Positions 1 through 10,717 of a DNA stretch of 64,000 nucleotides are shown here, one piece after another. The translations under genes were made by a program, and so were the position numbers. How positions within the stretch are numbered: the stretch's first letter is position 1; every line of letters begins with the position of its first letter. Origin of the DNA: Rebecca billardiae RCC1528 (Eukaryota > Protista > Haptophyta); assembly GCA_965240325.2 (NCBI GenBank), contig OZ251239.1:310001-374000 (forward strand). Reading direction: 5' to 3'. The notes under the pieces are model-generated. The model made no database searches. It saw only the letters and a list, made by a program, of their open reading frames with translations, and was not told the DNA's origin.

Positions 1-420
1 GCTTGCAGCCGGTGCCCATGTTAATGTACATACGTCCCGACGGTGCCCGGACTGGAGTCGAGACGGCGCATCGCAACTCGCCTCGCATGGGCCACGCGCG
101 CAGCCGGCGAGTGTGCGGGGCGAGAAGGGGCGGGGATGATCATCCGTGTCTCCCGGTGCCATCCGGCCGGCGCGCGCGGGCGTGCGCGCCGTGAGGGCCG
201 CGCATCGGCCTGCGCAGGGCGCGTGGTGCGTGTCAGATTGGTCGCCATCGCCCGATCCTGAGGGTTTGCTCCCGTCCTGGCCGTCCAAGCGGCCCGGCCC
301 GGACGGCGGGGCGGCGGACCCGGCGAGCACTCGAAGCGATTCCGCTGGCCGGCTGGGAATCACACACAGGTCGGTCTGTCGCCCCCCTGTTTCGGTCATT
401 GCGACCTCACCGCCGGCGCG

Positions 421-1275
421 ATGCTAGCAGACCTCGTCGTCGCTGGCTGTGGCATCGTGGGCATGGTCTGTTTTTGTCTTGTATTCGCCCCACAGGCATG
501 GCTGAACGAGAAGCGCAAGACAACCACCGGGCTTAGCATGGCGACCATGTTTGTGTGGCAGTCGGCGGGCATGACGTACGCGGCGTTCCTGCTGTATGAG
601 TCGGCATCAGCGTGGGTCGTGTTTTCGGTGGTGTCGTTCATGGGCGTGGCGGCGGTGATCGATGCCCAGATAGCCGTTTACACGAAAGGGTGGCGCGTGC
701 CAGTGGCCCTTCTCTCTGCGGCCATCATGGTGGCCACCGTGGCCGTGGTGGGCATCCTCTGGTTCGCATATGACTGGCTGCCTGATCCTGTCGCGGTGAC
801 ACTAGGTGACCTGTTGCCAGCGGCCTTGTTCACGGTGGGGTTCTTCCCACAGTTCCAAGTCTTTATTGAGACGTGGTCCGTGGAAGGCTACTCTTTTGGA
901 GTCACGGCGTTGGATCTAGTGGGCTCTGTCGCCAATGCGCTCGTGCTCTTCCTGACGCAGGGCTGGGGAGGCAGGGTATGGCTCTCTGCGCTGCCCTTTC
1001 TGGCCATCGCCGTGCTGCACGTTGTGCTCATCCTCCTCGCTCTCGTCATCATCGACCCGTGCGGAATGAGTCCTCGGCGTTACATCGGCTTCGACGACAA
1101 GGGGGTCGCTGTCGAATCAGGCTCTGCGGATGACTTGACCAAGCAGGTGACGCCTGAAGCCGAGGCTGGGGCTGCGAGTCCCAGCGCCGCAGGAGCAGCA
1201 GATGATGCCGCGGAGTCCCTGGCAGCAGAAGCCTCGGCGTCGTCTGCTACAGCCGCACCGGCAGTTGATGTCTAG
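421..1275 (+). CDS. PQ-loop repeat membrane protein (PQLC/cystinosin-like transporter family)
   Basis: 284-aa hydrophobic ORF with two PQ motifs in the typical context (FAPQAWLN..TTGLS; FFPQFQVF..SVEGYS). Confidence 0.8.
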   Translation: MLADLVVAGCGIVGMVCFCLVFAPQAWLNEKRKTTTGLSMATMFVWQSAGMTYAAFLLYESASAWVVFSVVSFMGVAAVIDAQIAVYTKGWRVPVALLSAAIMVATVAVVGILWFAYDWLPDPVAVTLGDLLPAALFTVGFFPQFQVFIETWSVEGYSFGVTALDLVGSVANALVLFLTQGWGGRVWLSALPFLAIAVLHVVLILLALVIIDPCGMSPRRYIGFDDKGVAVESGSADDLTKQVTPEAEAGAASPSAAGAADDAAESLAAEASASSATAAPAVDV

Positions 1276-1343
1276 TATAATCTGCCGACGCCTAGAGAGA
1301 GAGAGAGAGAGAGATCGAAGAGAGCCAGTCTCTCTCTCTCTCT

Positions 1344-2438
1344 CGGATATCCCACTGCTGTCCTGTGCCATAGGACTGGGTCCTATACTGCACAGGACAG
1401 CCACAGGGACGACTCAGTAGACGACATTTTCTCATATTGCCGAATGGTACGACTGCACCTAGGGGTCGGTAGCAGTGTCGCCACCATCCGCCAGAGCGAG
1501 CTTGTTGTGATTTTCGACCACCACCGCATGTTTTGGGCTCCACGGATGGAGCGCGTGAAGCCGTCGCGGTCGTTGCCGCCTTGCGACTCCACGGCGGCAA
1601 CGGCCGACCGCCATGTGGCACTTGTAGATGACACCCAGCTTGATGCTCACACATCGTGGTTCACTGTGTTCGACCGGAGCCGTATGAGGTTCATCCACAA
1701 TGCGTTTTGGTCCTCGCCAAGCATGGCATTGTACGTCACGCCGGGGCTGCGCGCGCAAGCTGCTGCGGGTCTCTCGCGTCGTCAGGTGGTTGCGATCGAG
1801 CATCGGCGCGCATGTAGAGCAAGCCTCGGAGGTAGCCGGAACATCTTGCCATGTCGCGTGCGTGGATGGTATCGCACCTGTAGACACGCCATGCGTGTGC
1901 CGCAGTCGATTGACGCGACGCTCGACCCGCACGCTATTGGATTCGTGGGCTCATCGTCCACAAGGACGGCTGCCACCATCGTGGGAGGTCCGTGGCCGCT
2001 CGCACAATGGCGGTTGCCCTCTCTTCGCCCCGCCCCAGAATCGGTGTGCTACGGGCAGCAACGCGCCTGGCGGCGTGGGCGGCGGTGCGGGCGGTGGCGC
2101 GGGCATCCGGCGCGAGCACTCGCCTGCGCTGTCCGTGCCCAGGGTCGCCGCTCGGCTGCCAGGGGCGAGCAACTGACGCTGTCATGTGCTGGTTGTGGGG
2201 CCGTCCCTGGACGCCGGTTGTCCCACAACCGAGCGCGCGCGCGCGCGCGTACGCGCGCGCGCGCCCGATCGCTGTAGCAGTGGCGGCAGGCGGAGACGGT
2301 GTGTGTCAATAGCCGGTTGAGTTGTGTGTACGATATAGCCACACCGATGATCGTACGCGCAGAACTGAGGCGCTGGCGCTCTGGTGATCTTGTCCTATGG
2401 CATAGGACTGAGTCCTATCTGTTGCAGGGGGATATCCG
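1344..2438. mobile_element. putative non-autonomous TIR element embedded in a (CT)n microsatellite
   Basis: CGGATATCCCACTGC (1344-1358) and GCAGGGGGATATCCG (2424-2438) are 14/15 inverted matches; a subterminal palindrome ATAGGACT(g)(g/a)GTCCTAT sits near both ends; (CT)n flanks both sides. Confidence 0.5.
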
Positions 2439-2457
2439 CTCTCTCTCTCTCTCTCTC

Positions 2458-2503
<46 letters not shown>

Positions 2504-2549
2504 GTCGATCTCTCTCTTTCTCTCTCTCGATCTCTCTCTCTCTCTCTCT
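2439..2549. repeat. (CT)n microsatellite, interrupted
   Basis: directly visible. Confidence 0.95.
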
Positions 2550-4513
2550 ATACGTATAGCTTGTACATCATCAGATGAATGAGTCATGCAAGACGCTGGC
2601 ACAGCCACAGCTAGTCAGAGAGCCACGCGCACAGGACTCCGAGGAGCCGCCATATCACTGCTTTAAAAGAGTAATTCAAGTATAATAATAAGACGAGCAC
2701 GGCGGCCAGTAGTAGTTTGAGAGATGATATTAGCAGACGAGGCTGAGTCTGAGAGTAATCAGACCGTCCGCGCCGGCGGCGCGCCCCGGGCGGCGGCGCG
2801 CCCGGCGGCCCGCGGTCCCGGCGCGGCCGCGGGCGGCCCGGGGCGGCCCCGGACTGTCCGTCGGCAGCCGCGCCGGACCGGCGCGGGCGCGGCGGCGTCC
2901 GTTGGGCGGCGGTCGGCGTTGCTAAATTGCCACTACTAGCGTGTGCTCATGTCAGGCTGCAGGAGCTGGCGCAACCGCGCGCGCAACGATGGCGGCCGCG
3001 GCGCGCTACCAGCGTGCCGCCTCCCGGCCCGGACTTGCGCGCACCGCCGGACTCGGTCCGGGGCGGCGGCCAGCTCGCGCCCGGTACTCCTGGCCCCCGG
3101 CGTTGCGTTGTTTGGGCTTGGCGCCCGGCTTTGTAGCAGCGAGCAGTTTGTTTATGTTTGGACGAATCGACGATGGAGTTTGGCCCGCTGCGCCTGCCCC
3201 TCCCTCCGCGCCGGCGGCGCGCCGCCGCGGCGACGGGGCCCCGCCAGAGTCCGGGCCAGACCGAGACTGTCCGTCCAGCGGCACGGCTAGACCGCGCGCC
3301 AGCCGCCACCGCGGTGATCGCGATTGGCCACTACCGCATGGTCACTCGTTACAGCCTGGCGTCCGGTCGATCTTCCATATATACATATACATATATATAC
3401 ATATAAATATATATATTATGGCCCGCGGTGAAGGGCGGAGCGCGTAGCGTGGAGCCCCGCCGGGGGCCCTCACTACGTTGTCAAAAAGATCTTTTGATCA
3501 AAGAAAAGGGGACGGGGGACGATTTTGAGGGCTGTTGGAGGGTGAGTTTTCGCTTTTTCGAGGGGTACGTTGGCCCTTTGCTCTCCATTAGCCTCAAGAT
3601 GCGATTGACGAAATAGCCGCGCCCGCTCCAATTCCTGTATCTACGGACGGACGTGAGCCTGTGGACGTGCACTTGTCAGTATATCTGGGTAGTAGTGAAC
3701 GAATATCTAGCTGCGATTTGTTGTAAATATTCATACGGAACAAAACTTGGTCGCCATCAGTCCGGGACCAACCGGACCCAGGGCCGGACGTGTTTTTTAA
3801 AAGTGCATGTGCACGGGGGTCCTACAGTAGCAGGGTATTCTACCAAGGGGGTTCGTCCCGTTCGTTCACGTTCAATCTTCTGCGACGATACGGTTGAACG
3901 TGCATGGTCGTAAATGGACATGGTTCCCGCGGAAGCTCTCCACTAGAGGGCGCACTGCAGGCCGAAAAGATGATCACTCCGTAGGCGGGTATTCGTGACG
4001 AATATACAGCAGACGAAATTGCACTATGGGGCAAGGCCTTGATTGACGACTCGCGGCGCCGGTATGCGCCGGCGCGAGCCGCGACGCGTGGAGCCCCGTT
4101 GACTCGGACCGGGAACTCCGTGCGTGCGCGTGCCGCCGCAGTACGCCGCGGTGCGCGAGGTGGTGGCGGGGGCCGGCCGGCGGCTGCCTCTCGCCCTCGC
4201 ACTCTGCTCTCCCCGAGCGCGCCTGTCGCCTCGCAGGCCCCGCGTCTACTCCGTCCGTCTCGCCCGGCCCTCGCGCTCCGCTCCGTCACCGAGCGCGCCC
4301 GCACCGGTCTGTCGGCGTCTTGCCGGGCCGCGTGGCCGAGTCACGCCGAGTCGGCGCGCGCCCAACAAGGTCCTGCCCGCGGGTGCGTTCGTCGCTCGAG
4401 GAGGAGCGCGCAAGGGCGAGCCGAGTCCGGAGCACTACGCGAGCTCGTCGCTTGATTGAGGAATGAGGACGGGAGCGCGCCGCGACGGCACGCAGCAGCG
4501 GAGATGAGCCAGG

Positions 4514-5003
4514 ATGCGCCCGGAGCTAGCGCGGCTGAAGGGCGAGCTCGAGCTCGCGAGCTCGCTCCTCGACGCCGAGCGCGAGCTCCTCCTCAACTCG
4601 GTCGTCGACCGCGCCGGAGGTGCAGCAGCAGCAACTCGGTGAGCACGCACGGCCACGGGCTGCCGATTATTGTCAGCCTGCCGCGCTGGCTGGCCGCCGC
4701 CGTGGCTTATTCGAGGCCGACGCGGCGGACGAGGAGGCGGCGGGCGAGCACGGCGGCGCGGTGGAGCAGGCGCGCACGCGCGGCGGCAGGCGCGACGCGC
4801 CGCTCGCCTCGTTCCACTCCGAGCTCCTCTCGGTCTCGCCTCTGGCGATCGGTGCGCGGAACCCTGCGCAGCGCAGGCCGGGGCCAGCAATGCCCGCTGG
4901 TAGTTGGGCGCGCGCTCTCGCTCTGTGCCGGCACGAGGCGCGCCGGCTGAGCGACCAGCGGCCCGTCGTCGAGCGCATGGCGCAGCGCGAGCACCTCAAG
5001 CAG
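4514..5003 (+). pseudogene. possible degraded gene fragment
   Basis: codon-like stretches in two frames (MRPELARLKGELELASSLLDAERELLL; ..ERMAQREHLKQ) followed by a CAG|GTGCGC donor like the real introns here; no family recognised. Confidence 0.25.
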
Positions 5004-5262
5004 GTGCGCCCGCACGCCGCCGCACGCGCCGCCCCGCGCCGCGCGGCGCCTCTCGCCCCGTGCGCGCGCGCGCCGCCCGCCGGCGGCCGCGCTTCCCGCC
5101 GCGCGGCACGCGGCGACAGTCCTCGGCCCGCCATATGTCAGTCAGACTGATATCGATGCCAGCAGCCGACGGAGGTTGCACCGCGGGCCCCTAACTACGT
5201 TGGTTCTACGGAAGGACCGCGGAACGCGGTCATATCAGGCCGGTCTCACTCTCACGCGGGCT

Positions 5263-5555
5263 GAGTGCAGCAGACACATAGTTATAGTAGATATAGAACG
5301 TGCCCGTCATCAAGCCGCTTGGCCCGACCAGATCAGGAGCCCTCAACTAGTCAACTGACTGGTGCGCCACTCCGCGGCCTCGCTGCCCTGCCCCCCTACG
5401 GCTACGGCCGGCCGGTACCGCGTGTACGGGGCCGGGGCCGAGATCAGGAGCCGGCTGACCGCCGCGGCGCGGACCTCCGGCCTCCGGGCCGCTGCGGGTG
5501 GGGCACGCCGGCGGCGACGGCAGAGGCCGCCGCCGCGGCCGAGCGCCTATTCCGG
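5263..5555 (+). repeat. dispersed repeat A, insertion-expanded copy
   Basis: collinear with 6063-6233 (GAGTGCAGCAGACACATAG..GCCCTGCCCCCCTACGG..GCCGCCGCGGCCGAGCGCC) but with many small insertions. Confidence 0.8.
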
Positions 5556-5987
5556 CTCGGCTAACCGACTACGCCGGTCTGTGGCCGAGTGGGAGTACTG
5601 GCGTGCTCTTGCGTCTGAGGTCATGGGTTCAAAACCAGTTTCCAGGTCTCTCTTCGGAGAGCGTGCGATGAAGGATGGCGCGGCAACCTGCCACCGTGAG
5701 CCTTACGCACGTTAAAACAAATAAACTGTACTACGGTGGACGACGCCAAATAGTGCCCAATGCGCCTATATTATATTATTATTAAAATAATACTACGTAA
5801 GTAATCGATCGGATTCGGAGGTCGTCAAGCTGTGACAGTAGACGCAGTGATGTACAACACAGCCCATATCTGAATGAATGAAGTCATGTTATATTATTAG
5901 TATAGCTCACTGACCAGCTTAGGCACTAGCTAGTGGCCACTGCTGAAGTGAAAGTCACTGACTAGTTATATCCTCAGTAGATAGCTA

Positions 5988-6058
5988 CTTATAATTACTA
6001 TCCGGGCCAGACGATGACTCGGCCTGAGTCATCGTCTGGCCCGGATAGTAATTATAAG
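5988..6058. repeat. perfect 33-bp inverted repeat with a 5-nt spacer
   Basis: CTTATAATTACTATCCGGGCCAGACGATGACTC-ggcct-reverse complement. Confidence 0.95.
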
Positions 6059-6060
6059 GC

Positions 6061-6233
6061 TCAGAGTGCAGCAGACACATAGAATGCGTCCGCACCTTCC
6101 GACCAGGTCACAGGCAGTGCGCCACCCGCAGCCCTGCCCCCCTACGGGAGCGGGGCCGGGATGAAGCACCGGCCTCGGCCTGAGGCACGCGGCGGCGACG
6201 CGGCAGATGCCGCCGCGGCCGAGCGCCTTCCGG
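6061..6233 (+). repeat. dispersed repeat A, compact copy
   Basis: first ~50 bp nearly identical to 9284-9333; whole length related to 5263-5555. Confidence 0.85.
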
Positions 6234-6847
6234 AGGCACTTGGATGAGGGTGAGGTCGTATCGTCCGGTAGATTTGCATTTGGCACACCTGGCTCTCCCA
6301 GAGCACCTTCTTGGCCGCCGCCGCGACCGAGCTAAGTAGATACGGCGCTCAAACTTGTTCGTGCTTCTTCTACGCTCGCCTAGGAACGCGGCAAAACAAT
6401 CCCGAGCTTGCTACGGTCTGTGGACTGTGGTTCGTGAGATATGACCTCCGCCATTTTACAGTGAAACCACTGGGGAACAGGGCCCAAAAATGACAAGCGG
6501 CACCACGTTTTCGGCCATAACTACCGAACGGGAGCAGATGATATCGAGACGCGGCCTTTGTTTACCCGAGCTCTAAGCTCAGCTTAGGTCTCGCTCGACC
6601 ACCGCGAACCGCGTTGCCGAGGCTACATGGTCATGCCGACTCATGGGCAGCGGCAGCGCGGACAAAAAAGATGCCAAATGATTAAGCAAATGCAAATCCA
6701 TCGGACGCGATAGTCGATGTCGCCGCCCGCCGACCTAGCTAGAATTCGGATCGTCGGGTTAATTATGAATTAACCCGACGATATACAATAATTATTAATT
6801 ATAGTACCTGTACTCCGACGTTTACACTACGCGATATATTTCACAGA

Positions 6848-9269
6848 CCGTGGCATGCTGCCGGGGGGTCCATCAGATTAAATTGAGTTTTGATTTTCTT
6901 TTCTTTTCCATTCAGAACTTGTTCGGCGGGTTTTCGCGATCGGCAGATTCCAAATCCGCGCTCGGCTGGCCCCGGCGCGGGAGCGGAGCTCTGAACGGGG
7001 TCGGCAAGGCTGATGGCCCTCGTCGACGGCCGTCGCTCGCCATTGGGCGCACCCACCTCGGTGCAGGCGCCTCGTCAAGCGGCTGGGCGGCTGCGGACGG
7101 GTAGCCATGACTCGTGCGGACCGGGCTCTCGCTGGGAGTCGTGGTTCAACCGAAGCTCGTGCTTCATAATTTGCATCTGCGTGCTCAACGTGTGCTGCTC
7201 GCGACCAAGGAGCGAGTCCTAGCAGCACGTGCTGGCGACCTACGCGGAGACGAACATGACCTACGCGGTGGGGTGGACATCGACAACGACTCGACGCAGC
7301 CTTCTCGCTCACCCGACACCGCGCTCTCGTGCTCAGACTCTCCCCCGACGCCTCGGCCGCAAGGAGCGCTCGACGCCGACCAACTTGCGGGCCGCCGCGC
7401 CGGGCATGACGAGGTCCAGGGCGTGGCGGATGATGATGTGCGCGTGTCCATGGACATGTGCGACCCGCCCGAGGTCCCCGCCAGCACCGCAGAGGGGCTC
7501 ACCTCCTCCGCGGACGGCCACGATGGCGTGCAGCAGTCAAGGCTCGAGCTGCCGCCAGACATCAACGTCCGCGTGGAGCAGGTCGAGGAGACGGCGGCGG
7601 CGGCGCGCGCCATTCACGTGATGCACACTTTTGGCTGCCGCTTCGTGGCCGGCACGCACCCGCGGTACGCATCGGTGCTCAACTTCGTGCTCCTCGACCT
7701 CCTCCGCACGCTCGTGGACCTCATGCTCGAGAAGAACTTGAGGAAGCGCAAGCAGTTGGTCAGAGTGTTCACCGCGGCGTACGCCCAGACCGCGGGCGAC
7801 GGTGGGATGAGGAAGCCCAAGAAGGTCGCGCACGCCTGCGCGGACGTGCACGGCATCTCGGCGCGCCACGACTCGCCGCGGCTCGAGATGATCGGCAACT
7901 GGCTGATGACCGTGCACAGGTGGTCGAAGGGCAAGCGCCAGGACGTGGAGCGCATCCTGAGCCGGAAGCTGGGCGCGTCGGCGGCGGAGAGGTTGGCGGA
8001 GCTGGACACCGACGACCAGTTGCTGGGCGCCGCCCACGTCAGCTGCCCCTTCCGCGACCTCGACTCGCACCCCGACGCTGACGCGCCGCGCATTTCCGCA
8101 TCAGGCCGCGTGACGGTGCCGCTGCACGAGCAGCGCGTGACTCCTGCTGAGCACGCGATCATCTCGGAGCAGCAGGTGGAGCTGGACTCGTCGCGCAAGG
8201 CGACCGCGCGCGCCGTCGCCGACGCTGCGCGCGCCAGCTTGCGCGCCGACGAAGCCGAGCGCAGCGCGTGCTGTGGCACAGATCGCGCTGCGGCCGAGCG
8301 GGCGGCCATGGCTGCCGACGGCGCCGAGCTCAAGCGCGAGAGGAGAGCGGCGGAGCTTCGGGGCGAGCGCGTGGCGAAGCGCGCGCAGTCCGTCGCAGTA
8401 GTGGTGAACCGGTGGCAGCCTCGCGTGGGCCGGGGTACGACGAACGGCGACGATGCCGGTGACACAGAGTACGGGCTTGGAAGTCGCCGAACGGACCGCG
8501 GCAAGCTTGGCGGCGGCAATCGACTGCCAGTCTGCGCACGCAAGCCTCGACGGCGGAGCCGGAGGGCTCTCCTGCGAGTGTTGGGATGGTGGCATGCTCA
8601 GAGGTGGTCTTGCTAGTGTGCCTTGGCACGCAGCCCGCCGCCCGCATCAGGCCCGTGCGGGCCTGCTGCGGCACTGTTCGAGTGGCATGAGCAGCCGCAG
8701 TGACTGCTCCGCGGCGGCGGCCGCCTATTCGGATGACCCAGTCTCAATATTGAACACGGTACCCACATATAGGCACCAATATGAATATATATAGGAGAGT
8801 GCACCCGTATTATATATAAACGGGTAAGTCTGTGCGTATGTGTGGGTAGGGGATCTCTAATTAAATGGGTAAAATGCTCGATCTTGGAGTAGTTTTTCAC
8901 CGACCGCTACGCGCACTCATCATGCCTACTAAAATTTAGCAATTCCACCTTAATTTTGTTGGGGCGGGTTGCAACGGTTATGAATAAGTAAGTCCGACGA
9001 CATACCGTCATTTAGCCGCCATAACAAGTCCTTGACGTTTGGCTGAATCTGTATGTGACACAGTGGCGCAGCTGGCGTGCGCGCACGACCGCGCGACGGC
9101 GCGCGGAGTCGGTTTTGAGTGCTTCCAACGGCTGGGCTGGGCTCTGGGACATATTTGTAAGTGCCTCCGCAAGCGCCACGCTCGTCAGACACCTAAATCG
9201 CATGGTTGAAGAAAATCACAAATCAATGGGCTGCTGTCATGGACCCCCTACTGATGCTGCATGCAACGG
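6848..9269. mobile_element. possible degenerate TIR transposon
   Basis: CCGTGGCATGCTGC..GGGGGTCCAT..ATTGA..TGATTTTCTT at 6848-6900 matches the reverse complement of ~9208-9269 imperfectly; encloses an orphan ORF; no TSD seen. Confidence 0.4.
7114..8616 (+). CDS. orphan protein, possibly element-borne; start uncertain
   Basis: 500-codon ORF with coding-like GC3 usage in 7450-8400 and a C-terminal coiled-coil-like A/R/E stretch; no motif recognised. Confidence 0.4.
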   Translation: MRTGLSLGVVVQPKLVLHNLHLRAQRVLLATKERVLAARAGDLRGDEHDLRGGVDIDNDSTQPSRSPDTALSCSDSPPTPRPQGALDADQLAGRRAGHDEVQGVADDDVRVSMDMCDPPEVPASTAEGLTSSADGHDGVQQSRLELPPDINVRVEQVEETAAAARAIHVMHTFGCRFVAGTHPRYASVLNFVLLDLLRTLVDLMLEKNLRKRKQLVRVFTAAYAQTAGDGGMRKPKKVAHACADVHGISARHDSPRLEMIGNWLMTVHRWSKGKRQDVERILSRKLGASAAERLAELDTDDQLLGAAHVSCPFRDLDSHPDADAPRISASGRVTVPLHEQRVTPAEHAIISEQQVELDSSRKATARAVADAARASLRADEAERSACCGTDRAAAERAAMAADGAELKRERRAAELRGERVAKRAQSVAVVVNRWQPRVGRGTTNGDDAGDTEYGLGSRRTDRGKLGGGNRLPVCARKPRRRSRRALLRVLGWWHAQRWSC

Positions 9270-9283
9270 GCAAGCGTCAGGAC

Positions 9284-9333
9284 TCAGAGTGCAGCAGACA
9301 CATAGAATGCGTCCGCGCCTTCCGACCAGGTCA
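9284..9333 (+). repeat. dispersed repeat A, short copy
   Basis: TCAGAGTGCAGCAGACACATAGAATGCGTCCGCGCCTTCCGACCAGGTCA, one mismatch to 6061-6110. Confidence 0.9.
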
Positions 9334-9463
9334 GGCATAAATAAATAAATAAGTAAACAAACAAACAAATAAATAAATAAATATAAAACGTACATGTTCG
9401 TCATAATACGGCGCGGACGATGCCGGATGCGGATCATCGTCTCACCGCCGACGACGCCTATAC

Positions 9464-10717
9464 TCAGTACTGAGCAGCGTCGGAGAGAACGCGCTGGACG
9501 ACCCACTTGTTGAAGGAGTGCGTGTTGGACTCAGAGTGGGCGTACACCCCAGGCCGGTAGAAGGGCGAGTTCACGCTCCGCTGCTGGTTCTCGGCGATGG
9601 AGTTGTCTTCGAGAGCTAGGACGTGCAATCGGTGCTTGTACAGCGCGAGCTTCTCCTCCGTGAAGTCGGGTGACTCGACCGTCGCGCGCGGGAGGAGCAG
9701 GCCGGTGGACAGGCGCGACTGGCCCGGGCTCGTCGAGGGCAGCATGCGCAAGAAGTAGGCGCAGTCGTGCGTCAGGTTGATCTGCAGACCAGCAAAGAAG
9801 AGGTTGGTGAAGTACGTGCCATCGCTGACGGAGGGGAAGGTAGGCTCCCCAGGCAGCGGTACGACCGACTCGTTCTCGATGTATGCGGCGATCGCGTCCC
9901 ACTCGCCCGTCGGCGCCTCGCCGTGCGCCTCCTCCACCGTGCACGCCTTCATGCTCCCGATCGTCGTCTTGTGCACCGCGTCGAGGTGGTACCACTCGCA
10001 CGTGTTGTCGAAGACAAACTTCCAGTTGCACTGCACGTCGTACTCGCGGCGGCTCACGGTGACCATGTCCTCGAGCGGCCACCGGTCGAGCACCAGGCGC
10101 GGGCAGTTCCCCAGCGAGTCCGCAAGAGGTGGTGGATCGCTGCCCTCGGCGCCGCCACCGTGCACAAACAGCAGTCCGCGATGCTCGGCGAGGTGCACGG
10201 GCACGAGTGGGAAGTCAGCCTTGCACAGCTTGCGGCCCATCTTCGGCGCACCGCGCAGGCCCCCCTTCGAGTCGTAGGTCCATGCGTGATACGGGCAAAC
10301 GATCAGGCCAGCCTTGAGCTTGCCCCGCCCCTCGGCGAGAAGCTTGGCGCCGCGGTGGCGGCACACGTTCGCGAACGCGCGCAGTTGCATGTCATCGCCG
10401 CGCACGGCGACGACAGGGCCCAGGCCGGGGAGGTCGTCGGCGAGATACTCGCCCGGCTGGGCGATCTCGTCAGCGCGCCCGAGAAACACCCACGTGCGCG
10501 CGAATATGGACTGGATCTCGGCGTCAAGCCACGCTCGTGACGTGTAGCACTCGGCCGGGAGCGTGTGCGCATCCGCGCGAGGGAGGCAGGTGCGATCGAG
10601 GGCTTCGCGCGGCGGAAGGCGCTCGCCAACCATGCTGGTGGAGAGGCTTCGAAGAGCGCAGCGGCGACCGGTCGCCCGGCCCGTCGCCGCCGCCAGCCGC
10701 GCCGCTCGGATGCTCAT
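9464..10717 (-). CDS. Rieske non-heme iron oxygenase alpha subunit (choline monooxygenase/ring-hydroxylating-like) with a mitochondrial-type presequence
   Basis: Rieske CRHRG..CPYHAWTY; NWK..E-WYHLDAVH mononuclear iron site; C-terminal ED..IAENQQ; N-terminus MSIRAARLAAATGRATGRRCALRSLSTS. Confidence 0.9.
   Translation of the reverse strand: MSIRAARLAAATGRATGRRCALRSLSTSMVGERLPPREALDRTCLPRADAHTLPAECYTSRAWLDAEIQSIFARTWVFLGRADEIAQPGEYLADDLPGLGPVVAVRGDDMQLRAFANVCRHRGAKLLAEGRGKLKAGLIVCPYHAWTYDSKGGLRGAPKMGRKLCKADFPLVPVHLAEHRGLLFVHGGGAEGSDPPPLADSLGNCPRLVLDRWPLEDMVTVSRREYDVQCNWKFVFDNTCEWYHLDAVHKTTIGSMKACTVEEAHGEAPTGEWDAIAAYIENESVVPLPGEPTFPSVSDGTYFTNLFFAGLQINLTHDCAYFLRMLPSTSPGQSRLSTGLLLPRATVESPDFTEEKLALYKHRLHVLALEDNSIAENQQRSVNSPFYRPGVYAHSESNTHSFNKWVVQRVLSDAAQY

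Noticed and set aside
1444-2277. 277-aa ORF inside the CT-associated element
   Set aside because: No recognisable motif and weak codon bias.
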